A DNA stretch of 64,000 bases, from assembly GCA_964016885.1 (NCBI GenBank), contig OZ024747.1:71610001-71674000 (forward strand), written 5' to 3'. The position numbers were made by a program, and so were the translations under genes. Under the pieces are notes generated by a model. The model was not told the DNA's origin. It saw only the letters and a program-made list of their open reading frames with translations, and did no database searches. This stretch comes from Eledone cirrhosa. Its lineage: Eukaryota. Shown piece after piece: positions 53,391 to 64,000 of the stretch. Within the stretch, counting starts at the first letter, position 1. Every line of letters begins with the position of its first letter.

Positions 53391-54609
53391 AGAATGCTAT
53401 AAAAACATTTTGGAAAATAATTAATTTCTTATGCTGATGATGATGACGATACATAGTAAGCTAGTTAGTTAAAAATAAAAAGAATAGTTACACTATAATC
53501 ATACCTAAGGTGCAAAAGTTGATTATAATCAAATGGTTTCCAAGTTATTCAAAAGAAAATACAAAGACCAATGCTTCATTTTTTGCCATTTTTTCTTTTT
53601 CTTTTTTCTCTTTTCTTTTTTTTCTTTTTTTCTTTTATTTTGTAACTACTTTTATCTGACACAAATATTCTTTAAATATCCTTATTTTGCTTTTGATTAG
53701 TCAGCCATGTTTAATCATTAGCTTCAGTTGATGCTGTCAGGAACACCTAAAACTGTTACTCCACACACAAGTTTTCACATCAAACTGACTGCTAAAGAAG
53801 ACTTACTATCATTTAGCAGTCATTTGCTTCTGTTACACGTTGAATTGTGCAACAAAAACAAACCTAAAATGAGACATAATTTTGACTTGAAGAGAAAAGG
53901 AACCATTCACCAAGAAGCTTTAGTAGCATAGCCAAGAAAATGTCAAGAACATGAGGACAGAATGTCTATTGAAAGAATCCTCACAGTTCACTCTCAGAGA
54001 AAGAAATATGCCAGCTTGTATTGTCATTAGGTATTCCTGTCACTTAGTTACTATATAACCCTTTCGTGACCATATTTCTAATGAAATACGCTCTATTTCA
54101 ATTAATTAATGACAAATTTGGAAGGATTTACTAAAATTATTAATTATTTCATTACTAAGATAGTAACTTAACATATGGTTCTTATATAAAATTGTTAAAT
54201 TTTTTTAAGTTAAATAAGGACCCTTTAAAATGGATATTTATGTTTCATAGAACCAGAGGCAGTTTAGGTGGGTTGATATCAAAAGAAATAATGCAGTCAT
54301 CGTTACTTTCAGGGTTATCAGAAAACAAAATATCAGCACACTTCTCAACAAAATATTCAAGTCTTTTACTTTCATTAGTTTTATTATTACAGTTAGCATT
54401 CTAAATGCTATGGGCAAAATAGATTTCTATATGTTAAATATTTAAAGTTTTAATAATCTGTGAAAAAGTAATTCCATTTATACATTTCTATTCATTTGTT
54501 TGCAAATATTATATTAAACATTTCTAGTAAAATCTCTGGCTGTCATTCTTTTAAAACAAATATTAAATACTCTGTTTTACACTCTTCATTAATAAAAGAT
54601 AAATAACTA

Positions 54610-54807
54610 TGAGGTTGAGCTGAAAAGTTCATAGGTTGACTATGAAGGAGTGATGCCAAAGCTGTGAAATCTTGCATGCATTAATTTCAACTCTTCTTAT
54701 TAATAACTGCATTGTTTTTTTCCAGGGACTATGTTGAAAAATAAACTTTATTAGGTTATTCCATGAGAGTATCTTGGTCAGTGAATGAACTTCTCAGCTA
54801 ATCCTCG
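54610..54807. mobile_element. Mariner-like MITE
   Basis: TA-tgaggttgagctgaaaagttcat ... atgaacttctcagctaatcctcg-TA. Confidence 0.75.
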
Positions 54808-55084
54808 TATTTAGTATCATAAGAAATGCTGCAATTGTTGTTTCCATTTGTTTGGCAGAGTTTTTACAGCTGTATGCCCTTCCTATCACACACCACCTTA
54901 TAACTATCGGAATGCTCTAAGCATTTTGGAAAAAAATTAATTTCTTAAGTGAAAGCTAACCTTTCCAGAGAAATCCCTTAGTGTTGTATTAGACTGAATA
55001 CACCTTCTCTAAGAACAGTTCCAGTACATTTATAGATACTTTTCAACTTGGGCAATACAGAGTATTCTGCTAGAGAGTCACTCC

Positions 55085-55385
55085 AGGTAGAGCTGCTACT
55101 TCTCCGAATTGAGAGATCACAGCTATGATTTTATGGGCATGTGGTTTGAATGTCTCAGGAAAGAATTGCTGGACAAATTTTATAGGCAAAACCAATCGGC
55201 AGGAGACCCAGGGGTAAACTCTGAACCAGATAGTTCAGTAACATCTATGAGCTTGGGTGGTCTCACTTGGGGATCCAGCTGGATCAGTTGGAGATATTTG
55301 CTTCTGACAGGACCCACTGGAAGGAGTGTTTGAGGACTCTGCCCCCATGACCCTCTCAAGAATAAGTGGGCGAAGAACAAGAACA
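55085..55385 (+). mobile_element. RTE-like LINE 3' fragment
   Basis: Homologous to 60735-60950; ends in a gaagaacaagaac tail. Confidence 0.6.
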
Positions 55386-55537
55386 TTTTTTGGTTCACTA
55401 AGCTAAGGCAAATGTCTTAGTTCAGCTCACAATTGTAAGGTTGTTAGTTGGATTCCTGGTGGTACATTATGTTCTTGAGCAAGACACTTTATTTCACATT
55501 GTTTCAGTCACAGTTAACTCAACTGACAAAAATGATA

Positions 55538-56053
55538 CCGTATATGCCGGCATACAAGTCGACATTTGGAGCTTAAAAATATCTCTCCAAAACCAGGAGT
55601 CGACTTGTCCGCCGAATATAAAATGTGAACCTTTACCACTGAGGAGTAAACAATGAAACTGCCTGCCTAACACTTGTTGTACACCACTTACCCTAACTCT
55701 AGCAGCCCACCACAATCATTTCCTACTGAATCTCATATTTGTTAAGTCTATTTAACATAGATATTATAATAATATCAATGTATTGCTGTAGCTCATAGGG
55801 TAGGTTACCATAGATTTGTTAAGGTTAGGTTAGGCCGGTTTACTCAATGAGTTAGAACTCACTTGCGACAGGTGTTTTAGAAGTGTTTTAGCCTTTAGCG
55901 AGCCAGTAAATTTTTTGAATTATTTCCTCTGCAACTGCCTTATTTTTGCGGGGGTCGTCTTATCCAGTGAATATAGCCCTAAACCTGAATTACACCTCAG
56001 AATTATAGGGGTCGACCTATGTGCCAGATCAACTTGTACGCTGGCATATATGG
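55538..56053. mobile_element. Tc1/pogo-like MITE nested in a family B SINE
   Basis: TA-ccgtatatgccggcatacaag ... cttgtacgctggcatatatgg-TA; SINE B sequence resumes on both sides. Confidence 0.75.
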
Positions 56054-56239
56054 TAATTCAAAAAGCCAACCACAGAGTACACGTGCTTGTGGAATGTTGA
56101 ACCACTTACATATTAATTTCATTAGCAGGTTACTCCATTGACATAGGAACCAACAGAGCTACAACACAACACACTAATTATATAAACACCAATCTTACTA
56201 ATTTATACGAGATTGATTTCTAAAAATGTTCTTACTACT

Positions 56240-56433
56240 TTTATTTGTGTTGTTGTTGCTATTATTATTTGTGATGTTGTTGGTGGTGGTGATGGTGATG
56301 ATGGTGGTGTTGTTGTTGTTGGTGGTGGTGTTGGTGGTGTTGGTGTTGGTGTTGTTGGTTTTGGTGTTGGTGTTGTTGGTGGTCGTGGTGGTGGTCTTGT
56401 TGTTGGTGGTGGTGGTGGTGTTTATGGTGTTGG

Positions 56434-56464
<31 letters not shown>

Positions 56465-56625
56465 GATAGTGGTTGTTGTTGTTGTAGTTGATGCTGCTGT
56501 TGTTGTTGTTGTTGTTGGTGTTGTTATTGTTGGTGTTGTTATTGTTGGTGTTGTTAGTGTTGTTAGTGGTGGTGTTGTTGGTGTAGTTGTTATTGTTAGT
56601 GTTGTTGCTGTTGTTGTTGTTATAT
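56240..56625 (+). repeat. Degenerate (GTT/GGT)n low-complexity tract
   Basis: Direct reading. Confidence 0.9.
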
Positions 56626-56955
56626 AATGGCTGTATGTTGGTTTCTTTGATAAATATTCAGCCATAAATGGCCTGACAGTTGACCGGTCAGTGATATTGA
56701 ACCCCAGTCAAGATGATGAAGTCACTAATATAAATGACACTTTTGTATAACACCCTGTCTACTTTCTAGAGATCAGAACACCTTACTCTCTTTCTATCAC
56801 TCTCCTTCATCTCTTTCACACATGCACATGCACACATACACATACATGCACATACTGTTTCACACATGCACACACATCCACATACATGCACATACACACA
56901 TGCACATACACACATACACATACACCCACACAAATGCACATACACTCTTTCTCTT

Positions 56956-56988
<33 letters not shown>

Positions 56989-57009
56989 ATTTACCTATCT
57001 ACCTCTCTA

Positions 57010-57046
<37 letters not shown>

Positions 57047-57789
57047 ACTGTTTCATTCTTCCTATTTCTCTCTACTTCTCTTTCTAGTTCTTTCTCACAC
57101 ACACAAAACCCTGACACACCAATCAAAACAACTTAGTAGCTATTGTCCTCCCAGTGCCTCCTATGTTAACATTACCGTGTAAACTCCCACCACCTCACTA
57201 CACTTGTCATACATCCATGATACCTCACACCAGTCTCCCTCACCCATCCAATAACCTCTCTAGTGCTGGTGCCATGAATAATGCACACGGTGCACCCTGT
57301 AATGTGGATGTTGAAAGGAAAAGCATCTTCATATAGAGACTATCCTGAAACAGGATCATGAGACCTTGCCAGTTGTCTCAAACACATGACATCTCTAGTG
57401 TTGGAGATCTACATGATAAGTGCACCCAGGACACTCACTAAAATGGTTGATGATAGGAAGGGCATCCAGCCATAGAAAACTTGTCAAACAAAAAGTTGGG
57501 AGGACTCTTCAGTTGTGTCAAAGACAACAAATTCTCTAATACTGGTGCCACAATAAAATACACTTGGTAGAGTTCAGGAATGTATGTAAGTGAAATGCAG
57601 GCCTTTAACACATCTGAAAAGACAGTTGCTCAGCTTGATTACTGACTTGGTCTGTTGACAGCCTGTCCAACCCTTGGTAGCTGGGAAAATAGGCATTAAG
57701 GAATGTTGATGATGATGATAATGATATAATGTATGTGTATGTGCCTGTCTGTTCATCAAATATTCTTTTTGAATCACTACATCCATCCA

Positions 57790-57821
<32 letters not shown>

Positions 57822-58131
57822 TACCTTTTCTGCCATCCAATCACTACCATACCACTCCCAATAACTTCCTTCAGTCTACCTAACACAACAATATGACTGA
57901 CACTATAACCAATAACCAGACAACCAGCCAACTGTCTGGATAAATTCTGCTAAACCAAACCAACTTCATGCACCCTTTTGCTAAACAACTAAAGATCCTT
58001 TACACTCCACTTTATATAATAACTACAGATTAAGCAAGCCACACCATTGCTGCTGAGGCTTAGAAAAAGTCAAGAAGGTCATTACATCAGCAATTGTTAG
58101 TCTCTAATTATCTTTGACTTCTCAAATCATG

Positions 58132-58419
58132 CCACCGCCGCCACACCAACATCTTGTCTGTAGAGAGATCATACAATTTATCTACATTTCCTACACAAAT
58201 GGACCACCACCACCACACCAACATCTTGTCTGTAGAGAGATCATACAATTTATCTACATTTCCTACACAAATGGACCACCACCACCACACCAACATCTTG
58301 TCTGTAGAGAGATCATACAATTTATCTACATTTCCTACACAAATGGACCACCACCACCACACCAACATCTTGTCTGTAGAGAGATCATACAATTTATCTA
58401 CATTTCCTACACAAATGGA
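58132..58419 (+). repeat. 72-bp tandem repeat, 4 copies
   Basis: atcttgtctgtagag recurs at 58151, 58223, 58295 and 58367. Confidence 0.95.
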
Positions 58420-58629
58420 AATTTACTCTTAATTCTCGAAAATCTACATCCTCTTTTAACCCAGGCTTTCAAAATTCACAATTCATAAATCTGTAGACAT
58501 GTAGTAGTCTGTTTCACTAGTATATAGATATGCCTATATGTATGTATACAGCATATATATATGTATGTATACAGCATATATATATGTATGTATGCAGCAT
58601 ATATATATGTATGTATATATACATATATA

Positions 58630-58714
<85 letters not shown>

Positions 58715-58772
58715 GTATATATACATATATATATATATATATTATATATATATATGTGTGTGTGTGTGTAGG

Positions 58773-58810
<38 letters not shown>

Positions 58811-60476
58811 CGTGTGTGTCTGTGTGTACATATGTATATGTGTCAGCAGGGAAATTTAACTATATATATATACATATATACATACCTGCATGCATACATG
58901 CTTACATACATACATACATGCTTACATACATACATACATGCTTACATACATACATACATACATACATACGTACATACATACATACATACTTACATACTTA
59001 CATACATCCGTACATACATACGTACACATATATCACTCCCAAGGCCACAGTGAGGCCTTTGGAAACAATGTTGTTAACTTCCAAGTATAAAATGTTACAG
59101 GGATAATACTGACACTGATGAACAATTACTAAGAATTGAGAAACAATCAAAGACATTTCTACCACTGCCACCACCATCACTACCACCACCATCTCCTTCT
59201 TCTCTTCCACACTATGCTACCTCTTCCCCCTTCCTCCACCTCATACATTGCTATCACTCATTTACCACTGCCACCTTATACCACCACCTATCTTGAACTA
59301 GTCATAATAATAACAATAATAATGATAATAATAATGATAATGATAATACTAATATATTATGATGGTAATGATGATAACGATGATGATCATGAGGATGAAA
59401 AAACAACAACAACAACAACAGCAACAACAGTTACTACAATAATCTGCCAAATTCAACGTCTTATCTAATTCACTGACAATTTACACTTTAAGTAAGAAGT
59501 TTACAATTTGATTGCTTGTCTCTGTTATTAACTTGTGCCAGAGAGAGAGAGATCGGGTGTAGGGTTGAGGTGGTGGAGAATCGTTGTGTACATTTGAGTG
59601 CAATCACAGTTGAAGTTACTTCAGCAGTCAAGCTCCTATCCTACGCTACCCTGTCCCTATTTAAATATCTTCACTGGATTATTTAATACAAATTTTAGAA
59701 TCAATATTCGCATCTCTCCTATTGTCATTGCATAACAAGCTGAGATAAATGACTGATTTACACATTACATACCTCTCCATCCTCCAGCATCACACCCTGT
59801 CTTTCTCTTATCATATACACACACACACGATGAACAGACACTCACATATATACACACACTATAAACATGCACTACATACACATGCAAAAACACACACATA
59901 CATACACACATCATACATAACTGCATGCACATCATATACAGACATGATGGACACACACTCACACAAACATACATATACACAGCACACAGACACTACATAC
60001 ACACAGGCACATACTCCTATACACATACACACATCACACATAACTGCATACTCATCATATACACATATGATGAACAAACACTCACATATACACATACACA
60101 GCACACAGACATTACATGCTCATGCACACACACACACACATACACATTGTCCCACATATCACACAAGTTCATTGCATAGACATAAGCATAAACACACACA
60201 TACACACACACTCTTACACATATCACACACACACACAGATCTATATATACACACACACACATATGTACTAGATATGATGAATGTGAAGTCTGATGATAAA
60301 AGAGAAGTTATATCTTATTTTATCAAACTTCAAAGGATTAACCCTTTTTGTTACAAAATATTTCATGAAAAACTCAACACTGCCTATTGCTCACAACTAA
60401 TTTTGAAAATAATCAACAACTTTTGTTGTAGTGCACCTGAGCACTGTACACAATAATTACATTATTATTATTAACT

Positions 60477-60668
60477 AGGGTGGTGGATTGGCAGTATCGG
60501 TAGAGGGTCGGACGCCATGCTTTCCAGCATAGTTACGTCCCTTTACGATCTGAGTTCAAATCCCGCCGAGGTTGACTTTGCCTTTCATCCTTACGGGGTC
60601 GATAAAATAAAGTACCAGTAATGCACTGGGTAATTGCTGGCCTTGTGCCTAAAGTAGAAACAATTATT
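60477..60668 (+). mobile_element. SINE family A, full length with TSD
   Basis: A-box tggcagtatcggt, B-box gagttcaaatcc, (att)n tail; flanking duplication attattattaact. Confidence 0.9.
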
Positions 60669-60734
60669 ATTATTAACTTGAAGGGATTTAGTAAAATAAC
60701 TAACTTTCTCATTAGTTCTCATTAGTAAGTTCTT

Positions 60735-60950
60735 TTTTTCTTCTCCCACTTATTCTTGAGAGAGTCATGGAGGCAGAGTCCTCAAACACTCCCTCCAGTG
60801 GGTCCTGTCAGAAGCAACCATCTCCAATTGATCCAGCTGGATCCTCAAGCAAGACCAGCCAAGCTCATGAATGTTATCCAACCATCTTGCTCGGAGTCTA
60901 CCCCTGGGTCTCTTGGGACATTCTAACCACATGCCCATAGTATTGGAGCT
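60735..60950 (-). mobile_element. RTE-like LINE 3' fragment
   Basis: KRPRGRLRARWLDNI...ASDRTHWR is typical of the RTE ORF C-terminus. Confidence 0.7.
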
Positions 60951-61129
60951 GTCATTAGTAAGTTGGTATTTAAAATATAAGAAAGATTCTAAAATAAAAT
61001 TATCATAGAAAGTTTTAGATAAATATAAACACTTTAAAATAAACACTTTTGTATTGTAAAACCAGAGATGCTTTCATGTGGGTTGGTGTAAAAAAAAAAG
61101 GGATAAAGAAAAGAGAATAAAAAATCAAT

Positions 61130-61358
61130 CTAGTGAAAATCTCAGGCGTACTCGGAACCCATACTGCCAAGCTCCTGTGCAAGATCAGAACGTCAGCAGC
61201 CTGTCTGAGGAAGGACCCCCACGAGCTGGGTAGGCTGTTGCAGCGAGTGTCACTGGCCATTGTCCATGGAAATGCTTTTGCAGTCTTGTCCGCAAAGTGC
61301 AACCCCAACACTGCTGTGCCTTAGGCCCAGAACTCATCGCCCTCCCCTATCCCCCTCC

Positions 61359-61365
<7 letters not shown>
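61130..61365 (+). mobile_element. 3' end of a CRE-like (RLE-bearing) non-LTR retrotransposon
   Basis: LLQRVSLAIVHGNA resembles the QRxSxAxxxGNA terminal motif; a short 3' UTR then (TA)n. Confidence 0.6.
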
Positions 61366-61417
<52 letters not shown>

Positions 61418-61664
61418 ATATTAACAAAAGGAAACTATATTTATAAAACCATATTTATTTTATTATACATATTTCAAGGGCCCCAAGGCAAATTATGGTG
61501 CGCTTTCATCAGATAAAATACAATACAGATTTGTTTTATAAATAAATATTGACATACCCTGAAAAAAGACAACCTTAACGGTTGGAGCTTCCTGGATAGT
61601 GGAGATATTAGATTTATTGAGGGTGATAGAAAATTATGATTGAGTATGCAAATGAGTGTCCGAA

Positions 61665-61699
<35 letters not shown>

Positions 61700-62005
61700 C
61701 ATATATAGATAGATATTTATGAACTCACATGGAAGCATCAATCACAATATTTTAGGTTCTGTTTACCAGGTAACAATTCATTGTGGTAGGTTTCTGATGA
61801 TGGATAGTTTATTTTCTTTCTTTTTTCAACAGAATGTGGTTGACTCTGTCAACAGCTTTGATAAAGTTAAGGTAGATGACAGCTGTTGTTTTAGTCCTCT
61901 CTCAAAACATTTAAAATTTCATGGAAGTGGTATGGAAGCTGTGTTTCTCTGGCACAGTTATCCTTGAACTTATCATCTTCTCAAATATGTAATTGATATC
62001 AGAAA

Positions 62006-62394
62006 CAGAGCCAGATTTAATGGGAGGCAAAGGGGGCCCCCACCAGAGATGTCCATAGCAATTTATTTGTGCCCTCAGCTAGGCATTTTAGATTTAGGAT
62101 GGTTAAAATTTTTGAATTTAATATTTGTATGTATAACTTTTCAATTCCAATTACTTGTGCCAAGCTAACTTTCATATGTAAAATTGGGGGGTTTGCTGTG
62201 TATTTCAATTTTTTGTGTAAGAGGGGCCCCCCAAGGTCTAAATCCAACCCTGTGTGGGTACAAATGAAAGAAAAAAGCAATCAATATATAATGTAGAAGT
62301 TGAGGGTATTTATATTAATAGTCTGTATGTAAAATTGGGGTGTTTGCTGTGTATTCTAATACTCCAGACCCACCAAGGTCAAAATCTAACCCTG
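62006..62394. mobile_element. hAT-type MITE
   Basis: cagagccagattt ... aaatctaaccctg; TSD atcagaaa/atcagaga; duplicated end near 62235-62252. Confidence 0.75.
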
Positions 62395-62518
62395 ATCAGA
62401 GATAAATAAAATTAATACTGTTTACTGCAAGAAACTTATTTCCCTTTCTGAAAACTGGGACGTTAAACTGAAATAGAAAATGCTTGGGTAAACAGTCAGC
62501 ACCAAACAATGTTCTCAA

Positions 62519-64000
62519 GAGATTAGCTAGAGGACACTAGCAGGTTACTGCTAGAGATTAGCTAGAGGACACTAGCAGGTTACTGCTAGAGATTAGCTAG
62601 AGGACACTAGCAGGTTACTGCTAGAGATTAGCTAGAGGACACTAGCAGGTTACTGCTAGAGATTAGCTAGAGGACACTAGCAGGTTACTGCTAGAGATTA
62701 GCTAGAGGACACTAGCAGGTTACTGCTAGAGATTAGCTAGAGGACACGAGCAGGTTACTGCTAGAGATTAGCTAGAGGACACTAGCAGGTTACTGCTAGA
62801 GATTAGCTAGAGGACACGAGCAGGTTACTGCTAGAGATTAGCTAGAGGACACGAGCAGGTTACTGCTAGAGATTAGCTAGAGGACACTAGCAGGTTACTG
62901 CTAGAGATTAGCTAGAGGACACTAGCAGGTTACTGCTAGAGATTAGCTAGAGGACACTAGCAGGTTACTGCTAGAGATTAGCTAGAGGACACGAGCAGGT
63001 TACTGCTAGAGATTAGCTAGAGGACACGAGCAGGTTACTGCTAGAGATTAGCTAGAGGACACTAGCAGGTTACTGCTAGAGATTAGCTAGAGGACACTAG
63101 CAGGTTACTGCTAGAGATTAGCTAGAGGACACTAGCAGGTTACTGCTAGAGATTAGCTAGAGGACACTAGCAGGTTACTGCTAGAGATTAGCTAGAGGAC
63201 ACGAGCAGGTTACTGCTAGAGATTAGCTAGAGGACACGAGCAGGTTACTGCTAGAGATTAGCTAGAGGACACTAGCAGGTTACTGCTAGAGATTAGCTAG
63301 AGGACACTAGCAGGTTACTGCTAGAGATTAGCTACAGGACACTAGCAGGTTACTGCTAGAGATTAGCTAGAGGACACTAGCAGGTTACTGCTAGAGATTA
63401 GCTAGAGGACACTAGCAGGTTACTGCTAGAGATTAGCTAGAGGACACTAGCAGGTTACTGCTAGAGATTAGCTAGAGGACACGAGCAGGTTACTGCTAGA
63501 GATTAGCTAGAGGACACGAGCAGGTTACTGCTAGAGATTAGCTAGAGGACACTAGCAGGTTACTGCTAGAGATTAGCTAGAGGACACTAGCAGGTTACTG
63601 CTAGAGATTAGCTAGAGGACACTAGCAGGTTACTGCTAGAGATTAGCTAGAGGACACTAGCAGGTTACTGCTAGAGATTAGCTAGAGGACACTAGCAGGT
63701 TACTGCTAGAGATTAGCTAGAGGACACTAGCAGGTTACTGCTAGAGATTAGCTAGAGGACACTAGCAGGTTACTGCTAGAGATTAGCTAGAGGACACGAG
63801 CAGGTTACTGCTAGAGATTAGCTAGAGGACACGAGCAGGTTACTGCTAGAGATTAGCTAGAGGACACTAGCAGGTTACTGCTAGAGATTAGCTAGAGGAC
63901 ACTAGCAGGTTACTGCTAGAGATTAGCTAGAGGACACTAGCAGGTTACTGCTAGAGATTAGCTAGAGGACACTAGCAGGTTACTGCTAGAGATTAGCTAG
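62519..64000 (+). repeat. 35-bp satellite agagattagctagaggacac(t/g)agcaggttactgct, about 42 copies, continuing past the window end
   Basis: Direct reading; period 35. Confidence 0.98.

Noticed and set aside
56198-56665. Thr/Asn-rich mucin-like ORF
   Set aside because: A degenerate trinucleotide tract open in several frames, with no splice or domain evidence.
58108-58488. Repetitive WWWW/PPPP/HHHHH ORFs
   Set aside because: They result from a 72-bp repeat unit divisible by three.
60477-60570. tRNA gene
   Set aside because: The A and B boxes belong to a SINE head with extended spacing and no cloverleaf.
62519-64000. CRISPR or telomere interpretation of the 35-bp palindromic repeat
   Set aside because: Units are contiguous with no spacers, and it is not a short G-rich telomeric motif.

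Overview
Repeat-dominated, AT-rich animal genomic DNA, most likely from an octopod cephalopod. That assignment is an inference from the tRNA-derived SINE resembling Octopus SINEs and the dense (TA)n/(CA)n microsatellites. No host gene can be supported, and nearly all [12 protein letters not shown] ORFs are microsatellite artefacts. Recognisable content: (1) a degraded Tx1/L1-type LINE (1-5430, minus) abutting (GATA)n; (2) three Penelope-like element (PLE) fragments with GIY-YIG domains, one also with RT; (3) a CR1-like RT fragment and RTE- and CRE-like 3' ends; (4) many SINEs, hAT and Tc1/mariner MITEs and Helitron-like elements; (5) three tandem arrays of 43, 72 and 35 bp. The most notable signal is a dense set of short PLE-type 3' ends embedded in (TA)n. 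Many are head-to-head inverted pairs carrying hammerhead ribozyme (HHR) motifs. These include U3-A8 core variants and a five-copy family whose three hammerhead strands occur in a non-circularly permuted, multiply pseudoknotted order supported by covariation. All structures were read by eye; none were computed or tested.
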